DNA of 63,960 nt, filler included, from Intoshia linei (taxonomy: Eukaryota; Animalia; Orthonectida), in NCBI GenBank assembly GCA_001642005.1. It is 4 parts of 4 records of this genome, joined end to end, with 100 filler letters (N's around TTAATTAATTAA, not from the genome) between each part and the next. Parts side by side here need not be neighbours in the genome. Positions count along the whole stretch, not along the records: positions 29,190 to 44,489 come from LWCA01000917.1; positions 44,590 to 61,133 come from LWCA01000879.1; 2 more parts are not named here. One strand, 5' to 3'. Position numbers and translations under genes: made by a program. Below are positions 38,935 to 51,600 of this stretch, in pieces (positions within the stretch are counted from its first letter, which is position 1; each line of letters opens with the position of its first letter). Below the pieces are notes generated by a model that saw only the letters and a program-made list of their open reading frames with translations, did not search any database and had not been told where the DNA came from.

Positions 38935-40936
38935 ATGTGGATTATATGGGTCATATTAATTTATAATAAAAATGCATTGTCTCTTAAACTTAGACCATAC
39001 GATGTGGAACAAAGAGATATTGAATTACCGACAGTTGGTCAACGTTTTATGATTGAATTAGATTGGATTCATTTACACAAAAAAAAATTACAATTGTAAA
39101 AATTAGTAAATTTGAAATATAAAATGGTTGATGAAATTACATTTGATACAATACGTTATAATTATAATCGAAATTCATTTTTTATATGTAATTTTAAATT
39201 TCAAAATGGTTCGGCGGAAAAAACTAAAATTTTTGTGCTATTATCAAATTATCAATTGTTGGTGCATGAAACTAAACATTCGGATATTTTGAAAGTGAAA
39301 TGGCAGTTACTATCAGAAAACCAACCAAATAAATTGCTTTTCAATAAGTTTATAATGTTTTATGTGAAATCCAAAACATTATTTAAAATTAATATTCAAA
39401 AGCCTACACCTGAAAACAAAATTAAGACGCTGCATTGGAATTTTAATCATAAATGTGTGTTTGTCGTAACAAATAAAATTGTATGGAAAATTAGTTTAAT
39501 TACTAAAAAAAAAATTTTAATTTTCAATGATATCGAAGGCAATACTAATTTTTTCTATAAACCAATCGTTACAATGAATAATGGAAAAAAGTGGGTATTA
39601 ATTGATTGTATTTTTAAATTAATAGGAAGGGTACAAGGTATAAACCCTGAAGATTTTCATGGCCCGTATATGTCGATTTCACAAGCTCTGAAACTTAGAA
39701 GGAGAACAATAATTGCATTAAGAGTATACTATGATTTATTCATTTTATTTATTAATTTAGACCGACGCATTCATTGGATTCAATCGATTTATACGTAGGT
39801 CTTTTAATTTTAAAATACACGAAAAATGGGATTTATTTATCAGTGATGTTTCAGAACTGAATTTTAGTAAAATAAATCTGGAAGATGCAACGCAAGGGTT
39901 GACTGAATCTCCGAAATTAAAGTATCATAAACTAAAATATACTTCGCTTTTTTTTATATCATTAAAAAAAGAAAAATGCAAACATTTTGTTTCGCATAAT
40001 GAAGGAGAAAGTTGGGTGCCTTTTCTATCAAATTCACCTTTTTTTGAATTTTGGGTATACTCGTTGGATAAACGCAACGAATGCATACATTTAGTATTAT
40101 CAGAAGTGATTAGCAATTATTACAGTTTGAATGGTGGTATAACCTGGATTGAAACAACATATAGATATATGGAACTATTTTCTTCACAATCATATATTAT
40201 TGATGAAAGAAGACACTTGCCAATACTACGATTCAAAAACAAGAGTACAACATATGCGATATCTGTCGACGGTTGTCGTACTTGGTTTGATATTATCTCC
40301 CCTATTCCAAGAAATTTACAGTACGGATATTTTTATTCAGACTACAAAACAGAATTTACGTTAATGTTCCTAGACCCTAATAGAAGCAAACAAAGTTTGA
40401 TTTTACAATTCAATTTAAATTTCACGCATTGCATGATTAATGAAACAAATTATGAACCACAACAAAATTTTTTATTCTATAAACCCACACAACAAAACTT
40501 ATTATGTTTCGTTGATTTCGAAAGATTAATGGCTCGACCAAACCCCGAAACTTTGGCACAATTTCCACATTTTACATGTTCAAACGCATATTACAGAAAT
40601 GCTGAACAGTGTGTGCCCAGAAATACCGTCAAAAATAAAACTTCAATTGTATTTTGCATTGAAAATCATAATGTTACAATGGTCAAAAAAGCGTACCAAA
40701 AAAAATATCCTGAAGAATTTTATCAAAAATATTATCCTACCCTGTCCAAAAATGTTTCACAATTTTGTTTACCTCAAATTGAACCTATTGTTTTAAACGA
40801 AAATATGATTTACAAAATAACTTACATATCTGTTGGTATATCAACTATTTTTTTGGTCTTTACCATTTTATTATGTTTGAGCTGTTATAAATTTAATAAA
40901 ACTAAAAAATTGATAAGTACAAATAAATATATTTAA
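38935..40936 (+). CDS. Divergent Vps10/sortilin-like type I membrane protein
   Basis: Signal-like MWIIWVILIY; proposed introns 39044-39106 and 39724-39760; LFISDVSELNFS; Asp-box/BNR repeats SHNEGESW, SLNGGITW, SVDGCRTW; Cys-containing stalk; TM ITYISVGISTIFLVFTILLCL; short basic tail. Confidence 0.75.
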
Positions 40937-41110
40937 CACAATGTTGTATTCTTAAATATTAAGGTTTCCAAACCTGGGTGTTTTGACCAGTTTGACAATG
41001 GAGTCTTAAAATTTTTGATTTAAAGCACTAACTTTAAAAAATTAATTTTTTTCTAATAACTATTATTTTGTTATCAATCTCCAGTATGAACCGTACTATG
41101 TATCATTGTA

Positions 41111-41291
41111 CAGTAAAACCTCTCAATACCGCCATTTTGGTATTTCGATATTTATATAAATTTAAATAAATTATGACGATGTGAGTGAAACGATGTAGTA
41201 AATAGATTATGGATACGGTTACCATTTATTAATAAGCAGTCATATAGTAAAATAATAATAGATATAGTGGAGGTATTGAGAGGTCTGATTG
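41111..41291. mobile_element. Tc1/pogo-type MITE
   Basis: ta|cagtaaaacctctcaataccgcca ... tggaggtattgagaggtctgattg|ta. Confidence 0.75.
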
Positions 41292-41548
41292 TACAATGTA
41301 CATTCATTTCATCCTTACTGATATAAAGTAACTAGCTTGACTGTTATTCTTCGTTCTAAAGTTCTGCATCGGATCGTGTTGAGGTGATATGTACTTAGAA
41401 AACGAAAAATTGTTGTCCAAAACTCGATTCGAATTTCAAACACGAAATACAAATCTTTCAACAGTTTAAATTTAAACAAAAATTTAATTTACATTTACAA
41501 TTTGTTAACAAAAATTGAATTAAGTTAATGATTAATTAGTATACTAAT

Positions 41549-42071
41549 ACCTTAATACTCCCAGTGTGACCATATGGTCACACAACATTACAATTATAAA
41601 AACACGTATCAAATTGAAACAAAGTTAATTGAATATGAAAAATTAAATTAGTATATTATATAACATTCGAGTATATTAGTTATGGGTTTTCACTGATTAG
41701 CCTCCTGTGTCACTAACAGTGGGGCAAAATGATATTTTAAAGCAAAAAAAATTCACTAAAAAAATGTTTTATATTTTTTTTTGTTAAAGTTGTTATAATT
41801 TAATTTAATGAATACCATATGATTAATTCATGTATTGGCTACAATTTGATCAAATAATCAAGTATATTGACGATGCGGTTTTATATATAAACGCTTTTAT
41901 TGCCTTATTCTCCCAATGTAAACATATGGAATGTGAAAAAACTCCATAACTACAATTGGTAATTACCTAAAATTTTATATGGTGAAAAATAGACAAGTAT
42001 GTATTAACTTCCCAAATTTTTGGAAAAATCAAAGCCAAAAAATTGGAAAAATTTGTCTGGGAGTATTAGGG
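41549..42071. mobile_element. piggyBac-like MITE
   Basis: TIRs ccttaatactcccag / ctgggagtattaggg followed by TTAA; subterminal perfect palindrome gtgtgaccatatggtcacac. Confidence 0.7.
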
Positions 42072-42326
42072 TTAAAAACTTAAAACACGAAATATTTAAA
42101 TTTTGTAAACACAATCTAAAGTTAATTCAGATTCTGAACACGACTAAAAATTCCTTTTGAATGTGATGGTATATATTCAGCATCTGCTTTCGATGAGTAA
42201 AAAATACTTTGTATCAAAATCCAAAAAAATTTTGGTGGTAATTTTTCATTTTCGGGGGCCTCAAAATTGGTACGTTCAAAAATCTGGTGGTTAATAAAAA
42301 AATTTTTATAAAAACATTTATTAACA

Positions 42327-43532
42327 TTACATTACAGAACACTTTTTTCTGTCCAAATCATCCTAAAATAAATATTAACATAAAATGTAAAATAATAGTC
42401 GACCCTCTAAAATTCCAACTCTGTCGCAAGTGGTCAATTTGATATAATCGAGTATAATACAATTGTGTATAAATATAAAAATAATTACCATTTTTTTAAA
42501 AGAAGGATGCTTAGAAGCATATGCTAAAGAAATTTCAGTGTTACTTTTATCCAATAAAACAAAATTGATTTTATCTTCTTGAGAAAATTGAATCCATCCG
42601 CCTTCATCAAATTTTACATTTAATTTGTCACATTTAATATTTGGAATATCATTAAAGCTCCAAATATTTAAAATTTGTTCAGGTAATAATTTTTTATCTT
42701 TAAAAGAGTATATTACACTTTTTTCAGAATTGTACTGTTTCAATTGGTACCCAGACAAATTAATTTGATCTGAAGAGCAATTTTCAATTGAAACAAACCA
42801 ACCCATTTGGTTAACGTGTTTTATAGAAAGAGATCCACTGTGTAAATAAACAAAATTTTCGCGGTTAGAACTTAGAATATTAAAGTCATTTTTAAAACTA
42901 AAATCAATCATTGAATGTGTGCCATTTAGTTGTCCATTTCTTTTTCTTTTTTCACCCGGTTTATACGAAATACCTAAACGGCATTCTTCGCTTTCTAGCA
43001 TTGACTTGTATAAATTCAAGTCATTTGACATACTGGCATTAATTTCCAATATATTATTATATTCATTTATTTGTTCCGAAATTGTTTGCTTTAGAACATT
43101 AATTTCTTCGTTTTTCAAGTCTATAATTTTGTCACCATTCAAATCATTTTCTATTTTATCTTGTTCTAAAACGTACAACTGCTTTTCTAATGCTTTAATC
43201 TAAAATTTAAATTATTCAATTTTTATTAATTTTATTACGCGAGATTTAAGATTAATATTATCTTTTATTTCAGCTTGAACTGATTTTTTCAAATTTTTAA
43301 CGTGTTTTCTGTTTGTTTCGGTTGTATCGCAATATTTGTTGAAAACTTCGAAAAGACCATTAAATTTCTTTTCAAATACATCATGCTGATGTCTACGCAT
43401 TTCATTCATGGTTTGTTCGGAATATGAACGAAGTTCATCAATTTGTTCAACAAAGCTAGTATTTACTTTATCATTGTAATCATTCATGGATTCCATTTGA
43501 AATTCAATCAACAGTTTGGATTCATCAAGTTG
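42327..43532 (-). CDS. Nuclear lamin (B-type-like), 3' three exons; 5' exons not found
   Basis: Exons 43532-43239, 43199-42489, 42362-42327. Coil 2 ends LNLYKSMLESEECRL, then NLS KRKR, lamin tail domain (FVSIENCS..INLSGYQL...LNIWS) and terminal CaaX KKCSVM*. Confidence 0.9.
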
Positions 43533-43753
43533 CTATTATAAATTAAATTTTATGATTGATAATTTAAAAAAATATCTAAAAATCGGTAAACATTACATTT
43601 GTTCATCAAACTATCACCCCAATATATTTTTAAAAACTAATTTATAATATTATTAAATACCATTAGAAAAAAGTCAAATCTAATTGAAAAGGAGTATAAT
43701 CTCATAATCCATTTTTGGCTAATTTTTAAGTTGCATTAGAATTATGAAATGAC

Positions 43754-43995
43754 AACCGTATTAAAAATACAATGGATAAATATATGCAATATCAATGCTG
43801 GCAGTCAATATTCTTTACAGTCAACCAAGATTTCAAATAGATAACAATATTGAATATAGCTATCTATTATATCTGTCACCACAATAACGCGTCGATTTTA
43901 CTGAGCTATATATTGGTTTTCTGGCGGATATTCATTACCAACATTGATATTGCGCATTCACGCCGTGTTTTATCCATTATATATAATTACGGTTC
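43754..43995. mobile_element. MITE-like element with long imperfect inverted ends
   Basis: aaccgta...atggataaa...gcaatatcaatgctgg pairs with ccaacattgatattgc...tttatccat...tacggtt. Confidence 0.6.
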
Positions 43996-44489
43996 CCAGG
44001 AGTTGCCGTAAAGGCAAAATGTTATGATTTTCTATTTTTGAATGCTTATTAATTATTCAGACTGGTCAAGATGCAGCAAACTAACCCTTATTTGTTAATA
44101 AAACAATATTTAAAAAAAAATTTCATTATAAAAATTAATTTAATACCTTATCTGCAATATCATCCAAAAATATAAACAATAAAATAAAATTCCCTTTTAA
44201 ATATTTTATATATAATTTCGACACATAAACGCCGCATTTCAAAAAAAAAATTTCAATAGATCAAGAAACTTTTTCGTTGATTAGTATCAATTTCGGATAT
44301 AATTTTTAAAAAAATTAACAAATTTCATCATTATTAAATTTTGATTGAATCAATATGTACACTAGGGTGTCACACCTATCAAAGAATCAAGGGCAATTAG
44401 TACTAAAAGTGTGTATTTTTAAAATAGAAAAACTCATTCGCAATCAAAAATATTTAACGCTATCTATTCGAGTTGCGTTTGTCATTTTA

Positions 44490-44589
44490 NNNNNNNNNNN
44501 NNNNNNNNNNNNNNNNNNNNNNNNNNNNNNNNNTTAATTAATTAANNNNNNNNNNNNNNNNNNNNNNNNNNNNNNNNNNNNNNNNNNNN
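44490..44589. other. Scaffold gap with artificial spacer
   Basis: N-TTAATTAATTAA-N. Confidence 0.97.
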
Positions 44590-47002
44590 TAGTATTAGGA
44601 GATTTTCATCTATTTCAATATCATGGCATTTTCCAATGCCAGCAAATTTCGTTCCATTTGTACATTTTAACTCCACGACCTTTTTCAATGAAGGTGTTTG
44701 GACATAACCTCCTGCCCCAACCGCCGTACTAACAAATGTTATTGCATCATTGACAATAGGGGCATCATGTCTTTTGGACATTACTTATTTTCGCACCATA
44801 TGCTTCACTCGTCCCCCAATCCCATCAACAACATCCTTCCCATGGCTTGTTGCAAAAAATCTCCAATGAATCTTGCATACATATTTAATTTCCAAAATTT
44901 TTAATGTCTGTACAAGATATTTATTTTTAAATTCACCGTATGGTCCATCAGACCATATTATTACAGTTTTGTTTTTTATTTTATAAATATCGAAAATTTG
45001 ATTTAAATATGTTCTAACAGCATGTCCCCCTTTCTCTCCATTGTCGGTACACAAAGCAAAAATTTGTGTTTTTGTATACAAATACTGTCGTGGTAAATAT
45101 ATTCACCTGTGTCCGTGCCCACAAACCAGCTTGAATTTCATTTTGTGATTCACATCCATATGCCATTGCAAAATCCACTTGCACCACGATTATGTTGTTC
45201 ATTGGATTATTTGATAATAACGTATCATTTTTAAATGCAGAATGCTGTAAACGTTTCGTTCTACTATGTCTCAAAGCATTTTGGTAGTCTTCCCTGACTC
45301 TGCTTATTAATAAATCTCGTGGCGATAAATTAATTAATAAAACTACTCTATTGTTATTGTTTTTGCTCCATTGCCTCCAAGTGACAATATTTTCAGTAAG
45401 ATCATTTGACTTTACAAATTTTGGACAATTTTTACATTGACGTTTAAAGCATTCTGAATTTAAATCGGTGTTACATAAAAAAAAAGTACCAGTCAGTAGA
45501 CCATTTTAATGCATTTAATTTGTATTTAAGGTTTTCATGAATCATGCATTTGCACTGATCCTTTAGACAATTATTCATGAGAAAGGCGTTATCAGGACGC
45601 AATTTACAGAAATTACTAAAGCCAATAATTTTTTCATCTTTACAAAATATAGTATGTGCTTCTCTAAGATAATACATCAAGTACATCCGAGGAATCACTT
45701 TCTTAATACCACATTTTATAATAGTCTTTATTTGGTTCGGTGATATCCATGAAATTTCCGGATTTTGAAAAAACATTACAACCTTATCCTTCATTATTAG
45801 TTCAGTTTCAACTATTTTCACAATATTTGGATCAAACTTTTCTTCAAAACTTCATTCATTATCATGGACAAATTAATTTCGTTTTTAGGGAGTGCTTTAA
45901 TCAACCTTGACTTTGCTTTACCTAAAGTTTGTTGNCACTTTTTTAATACCACATTTTATAATAGTCTTTGTTTGGTTTGGTGATATCCATGAAATTTTCG
46001 GATTTTGAAAAAAGATTACAACCCTATCCTTCATTATTAGTTCAGTTTCATCTATTTTCACAATATTTGAATCAAACTTTTCCTTCAAAACTTCATTCAT
46101 TATTATGGACAAATTACTTTCGTTTTTAGGGAGTGCTTTAATCAACCTTGACTTTGCTTTACCTAAAGTTTGTTGTGACATATAAGGTGTTGGATTAATT
46201 AATTTAATTTTTTGTTTTAACCGGAATTTCTGTACTCTCAATTTTGTCTGTTGTTCACTTTTTTGTATTTTTTCCCACCTATAAAAAATATACTATTTAT
46301 AATAATTATATAATTATTACAGCATGGGAAAATTATTATAAATTTTTAACACTGGTACATTATATTTAAAAACACGTCTGATCAACATCATAATTACTTT
46401 ATTTCCAACGTTTTTATAATTATCCTTAATGCGCACTTTTTAAAGTGTGCNACATATAAGGTGTTGGATTAATTAATTAATTTTTTTGTTTTAACCGGAA
46501 TTTCTGTACTCTCAATTTTGTCTGTTGTTCACTTTTTCGTATTTTTTTTCCACCTATAAAAATATACTATATATAGTAATTATATAATTATTACAGCATG
46601 GGAAAATTATTATAAATTTTTAACACTGGTAAATTACTATTTAAAACACGTCTGATCAACATAATAATTATTTTTAAGGATAATTATCCTTAATGCGCAC
46701 TTTTTAAAGTGTGCCTTATATACTAGATAATTTTATGATATTGAAGTACTGACATTTGGATCAATGTGATAATATATTATTTATTTGTTATTTATTATTA
46801 GTTAAAACTTAATTGAATGTACAATAATGTATAATAGTTTTTCAATTAGTAAATAAAACAATAATAATTATATACCTTCTTCTATAATGTTTTTTCTTTC
46901 TCTATCATTTTTCTTGACTTCATCGTTATTCTTTGTCTTTTTCGCGCAATTGGGACAATTTTCAGGTGTATTGGTCATTTTTATATCAATTGATTGATTC
47001 AT
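44590..47002 (-). mobile_element. Sola-like (probably Sola2) DDE transposase, frameshifted, with a 5' intron
   Basis: QCKCMIHEN, QVDFAMAY..Q.EIQ..LW...Q, WSDGPYGEFKNKY and FFATSHGKDVVDGIGGRVK. First exon 47002-46876 splices (AG|gt..ag|G) into WEKIQKSEQQTKLRVQKFR. Superfamily assigned from remembered motifs. Confidence 0.75.
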
Positions 47003-47594
47003 TTAATTAATTTCAATTTAAATTTATTGGCGTTACAGTATTTAAAAGTCTCAGAATGACATCTTAACGATGTTTATTTCTAAATTCCTTTTAAAATAAG
47101 ATGCATATGTAACTATCTAACATCACATTAAAATTTCAGAGTTTTATTGAGAATGTGTAAATATTTATTTTAAAATAACTATAATTGGAAGTTTTGGCGT
47201 TACAAAATTTTTTTGATTTTGATTTTATCAATTATCTCAGCTTATTTTTTAATTAAAATTAATTTTTTACATATATATGATAAGAAATTATTTTATCAAC
47301 GTAACAAACCGAGATTGGTCTATTTTTATTCTATAGAAACTAGATTTGTCGATTTATATTTATACTTAATATTCTGTAAAAACAAATTTTTATTTAACAT
47401 ACATCAAAACGTCTATAAATAGTGTTTAAATATAATTTTTTTGGCAGGTATTTTATAATTATTGTAAAATATAGGATTTATGCTCAACATTAAACTAAAA
47501 AAATAAATCTAATTCATCATTTTAATTTTTGCTATTTTGATATTTGGTGTAGAGAATGGGCCATAATTAAAACACAATTAAGAAAATATTGAAA

Positions 47595-48207
47595 ATGAGA
47601 GTAAATGAATTATGAATATATTGAAAACTGGAAAAAATTTGTATACTATAATATTTAATTTAGAAATCATCAACTTCATCAAAACCGAAGGAAACTTTCT
47701 CTTTAATCAATTATTTAAAAGTACATAATAAATATATAAAAAAAATTTATCAATTTTTTCTAGTTATTTGGTCACAACATTGACCTTTATGAAAGTGAAG
47801 GACTCATAAAAATATCTGAAACAAGATGTATAGGACAAATAGAAAAAAGAGGAAAACATTTATGGAGAAAAAAATTTTTAATTTTTGATTATGCCACCAA
47901 AGAACTACAATTTTTGTCCAATTGCGACGAAAACAATAGAATTTCAATAAAAAAATGTACATATGCATTTGACCTGTTGGAAGATGTTTACGCTTACAAA
48001 TCATTTGATGAAATTGACGATTCAATGCCAAATTATTTTCGTGCAAGCGACCATAAACAAATTTCAACCATGTTGATATCTTCGCGGAGTTCTGGAAAGC
48101 AATGCATTTTTATCATCAAACTTACCAACATAATATTGGTACTTATGACACAAACTCAAAGTGTTATGAATCTTTGGATGGACATTATCAGATCTGCATT
48201 TGAATGA
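47595..48207 (+). CDS. Small PH-domain protein resembling the PHLDB/LL5 C-terminal PH domain
   Basis: FSLINYLK|LFGHNIDL...RCIGQIEKRGKHLWRKKFLIFDY...LEDVY...FIIKL...LVLMTQTQSVMNLWMDIIRSAFE*. Exons 47664-47720 and 47764-48207; start is ATG 47595 or 47605. Confidence 0.7.
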
Positions 48208-48614
48208 GTTATTTAAATAAAATTGTAGATATAATTAATTATGATTTGTTCCATATGGGTACCAAGTTGTAACTAAATAATCATGCTAGATTTCTGAAAT
48301 TTCATATTTTATATTTATTATATTATTATATTTTAGTTAATTATTTTGTTAATTAATTTGTAATGAAATTGCAAAAATTTCCTTAAAATGGTAAAAGTCG
48401 CCTTTGGCCTGGAAGACAAATAATTTTTAGATTAAAATTGACGATAAACTGATGCCTTAAAAAACTCTCTTAGACCGAGTCTTCTAAATATTAAGATTCT
48501 TAATTTTTTAAATAAATGATAACATTCAACCACAAAAAAATAAGTAAATATCAAAAATTAAGGATTATTGTGTAATGTACAATGATAACAGAAATATCAA
48601 CAATTAATTAAAAT

Positions 48615-51600
48615 TTAGTCTTTGGTGGAATCCTTTTTCATACGTTTAACTTCCAGAATAAGTGGTATCAGATTACTAATATGAACAGCCTTGTCTAGAA
48701 ATGGATGATCCAATAATTGAATTGCTGATGGTCGATTAAACTGATTTATTTCCAATGATTTTCCAATAAACTCTTTTAAACTTAAGGATGTGTCGACACA
48801 TTTTGGTTTTGGTTTTCCATTTGAAGCTATTAAATACAAAGCCTACAAATATAACTAGATTTTTTAATTTAAATTAAACTTACTCTAATGGGATTTTCAT
48901 TTATATATGGTGGTACGCTATCTACCATTTCAATCATTAATATCCCTAAACTCCAAATATCTATTTTTGAACTATAATGACTCCTAAAATTTACAATACA
49001 TTTTTTTCTTTTTACAGTTTAAATTTTACATTGTTATAAATTCTGGTGCCATCCAATATGGAGTACCTTAAATTTGTTATTTATAAATTAAAATTAAATT
49101 TATTTGAATACATACCTATTAAGGTGGATCTAAACAAATGTTTTGTACTCAATGAGGCACAAAATCCAAAATCAGCTAAATGGAATAAATATTAAGATTT
49201 AAATTTTGTACATTTTATTATATCCCCACTAGAGCAACCATTATCAATTTGTCATTAAATACAGTAACTTATTCCCCACTTACTTCATGTAAAAGTGGAT
49301 AAAAATAAATGTGTCTGTATGTAACCATTTATTTAGATAATACATATTCTAAGTTACTTTTTTGCCACGCATCAAGTTAGATCAATTTCAATTTCCGAAA
49401 TTTGCATATTCAAGGTATTAAACTGAAAAAACGAATAGACCCAGAATTTGAAAATAAGATTTTTTCAATTTTTTTTTAATCTTTCTATTATATTTTTATA
49501 TCCGATATTTAAGATGATCAACCCGACTCAATACTTATTATTAAATATTTTTATTGATAGATATTATTAATATTCCATTATTGGTGATTGGGTTATATTA
49601 CACGCCCCTTATCCCCTCTCCACGCCCTTAATAAACACAAAACACACTTATAATTAATATTCATGGGAACAGTTGACTATCTTATATATGACAATATATT
49701 ATATTACTCAGCTTTACATTTCCGTTGTCGCTCAACAAAATATTATCACTTTTGATGTCTCTAAGAATATAATAAACAATTATTACATTGTATAGTCATT
49801 TTTATTTGAGATGGTCAATTTTCAAATTAGCCATTAAAAGTAACTATTATAATTTCTAGAAAATGACCATCTCGACTGAAAATGAATATGAGTATATCTC
49901 TTAATGCATATCCAGAGCCAAACCTACCAAGCTCGAGGTCACCCGAAACGAAAATAATCACTAAAACAATTTCGCAAACAACGCATAGCTTCTAGTCACA
50001 TCACCAACTTACATATTAAATCTAACACCCAAAATATACATAGTAGTTATAATATTCAAGAATATAATTTTGTTAAAATTTAATATTTAATATTAAATTT
50101 GAAAAAATGAGGCCTCCATTTTATGAAAAATTCCGTCAAGATCGCCGAAGAGGGTCTCGGTACGGTAGGTTTGACTCTGTACATATCGGTATTTATTTAA
50201 TAAATTTTACCTGTGGATAATTTTTGATCGATGAAGAAAATCTATTCCAGTTAAAATCTAATAAAATTATTGTAATAATCAGTACGCGAAGGGGCACTGC
50301 AGCATCACCGCAAGTGCGGTGTCAAGATCGAACTGTGATATAAAAATGTTGTGGTTTCTGTCCAATGTGAATGTCGAGAAATCTGTCGATTGGTGGTTTC
50401 AATATTTTAAACATTGTTAACGTGTCATTACAACAAAAAATGTTGAATAAATCGAAACAGCTAATACAATATTGTCGTTTATAAAGACAATCATGCAATT
50501 AGCGCAAATTGACATCACATAGCATTGATATTGACATTTAAACAGAAACCACTAATTAACTAATGTAAATTCTATATTGAAATTTCAAAAATTGGGAAGA
50601 GAAAGAATTATTAAATACTAACTAATCTTATACAACACTGGTAACCATGAAAGTAATGTGAATTTTAGTAGTGATCTGAATATACGTTATTTACGTATAG
50701 TATAAGACGAATACTATACATATACACGTGGTTCTAACCATTTTATAGTCATAAACCATTTCAATTTTATTGAAACCTTTTAATTCTTTTATATTCTTCA
50801 AATATTTTACTTATAATTAATATATAATTGTCATGATATGCCAAAAAACACTTAAATTAATTAATTAAAATCTGAAAAATCTCCAACAAATGTCAAAAAT
50901 ATCTATAAATGGACTTGAAAAAACTATAAATCTAAAAAAATTCGATTTAAGTGATTGCAACGATAAACAGTTTAAAAAGTCTAATTAATATTCCATTACA
51001 ATTTAGTGTTAATTTATTTATACACTCATAATAATTTACCTCTTTTGTGATTGCTGCAATAAGGTATTCGTTTATATATTTTTTAGTCACAATGTCAGTG
51101 AGAGTTCCTCCACTTAAAAATTCCATTGCTATCTAAAAAATAAAAAAACTTGCATGCACAATACATTATACCCATAATTCATCTAATATTCTGTAACTAT
51201 CGACGTAATTAACAATATTTGGATGATTTAATTTTTTCAATATTTTAATTTCATTAATTATTAAATGTCTTTTTGCTTGTTTGCTTAGAATCATTTTTTT
51301 TATTGCGACAATTTTTCCAGATTTAGAATTTTTTGCAGTAAATACTAAACCTGATGCTCTAAATATTTAAAATATTTTTTTATTTATAACTAGCTTGACT
51401 GTTGTGTACTTTGTACAAACAGTAGTTCTCTCTAACGAGGGCGGATTCATTAATTCTACCAAAAAGATAAATTCTTTTAATCTTTTTATAAGTTTAAAAA
51501 TAAATTAACCAAAAAACCTTAAAAAATACTATGTAAAATAACACGTAATTTGAAAACCTATACAATAAAAATCAAAAATAACCCTTGTCCAATCCATTTT

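Noticed and set aside
46876-47002. Candidate first exon of the lamin gene
   Set aside because: No lamin head or coil 1A motif; it splices in phase into the Sola-like transposase instead.
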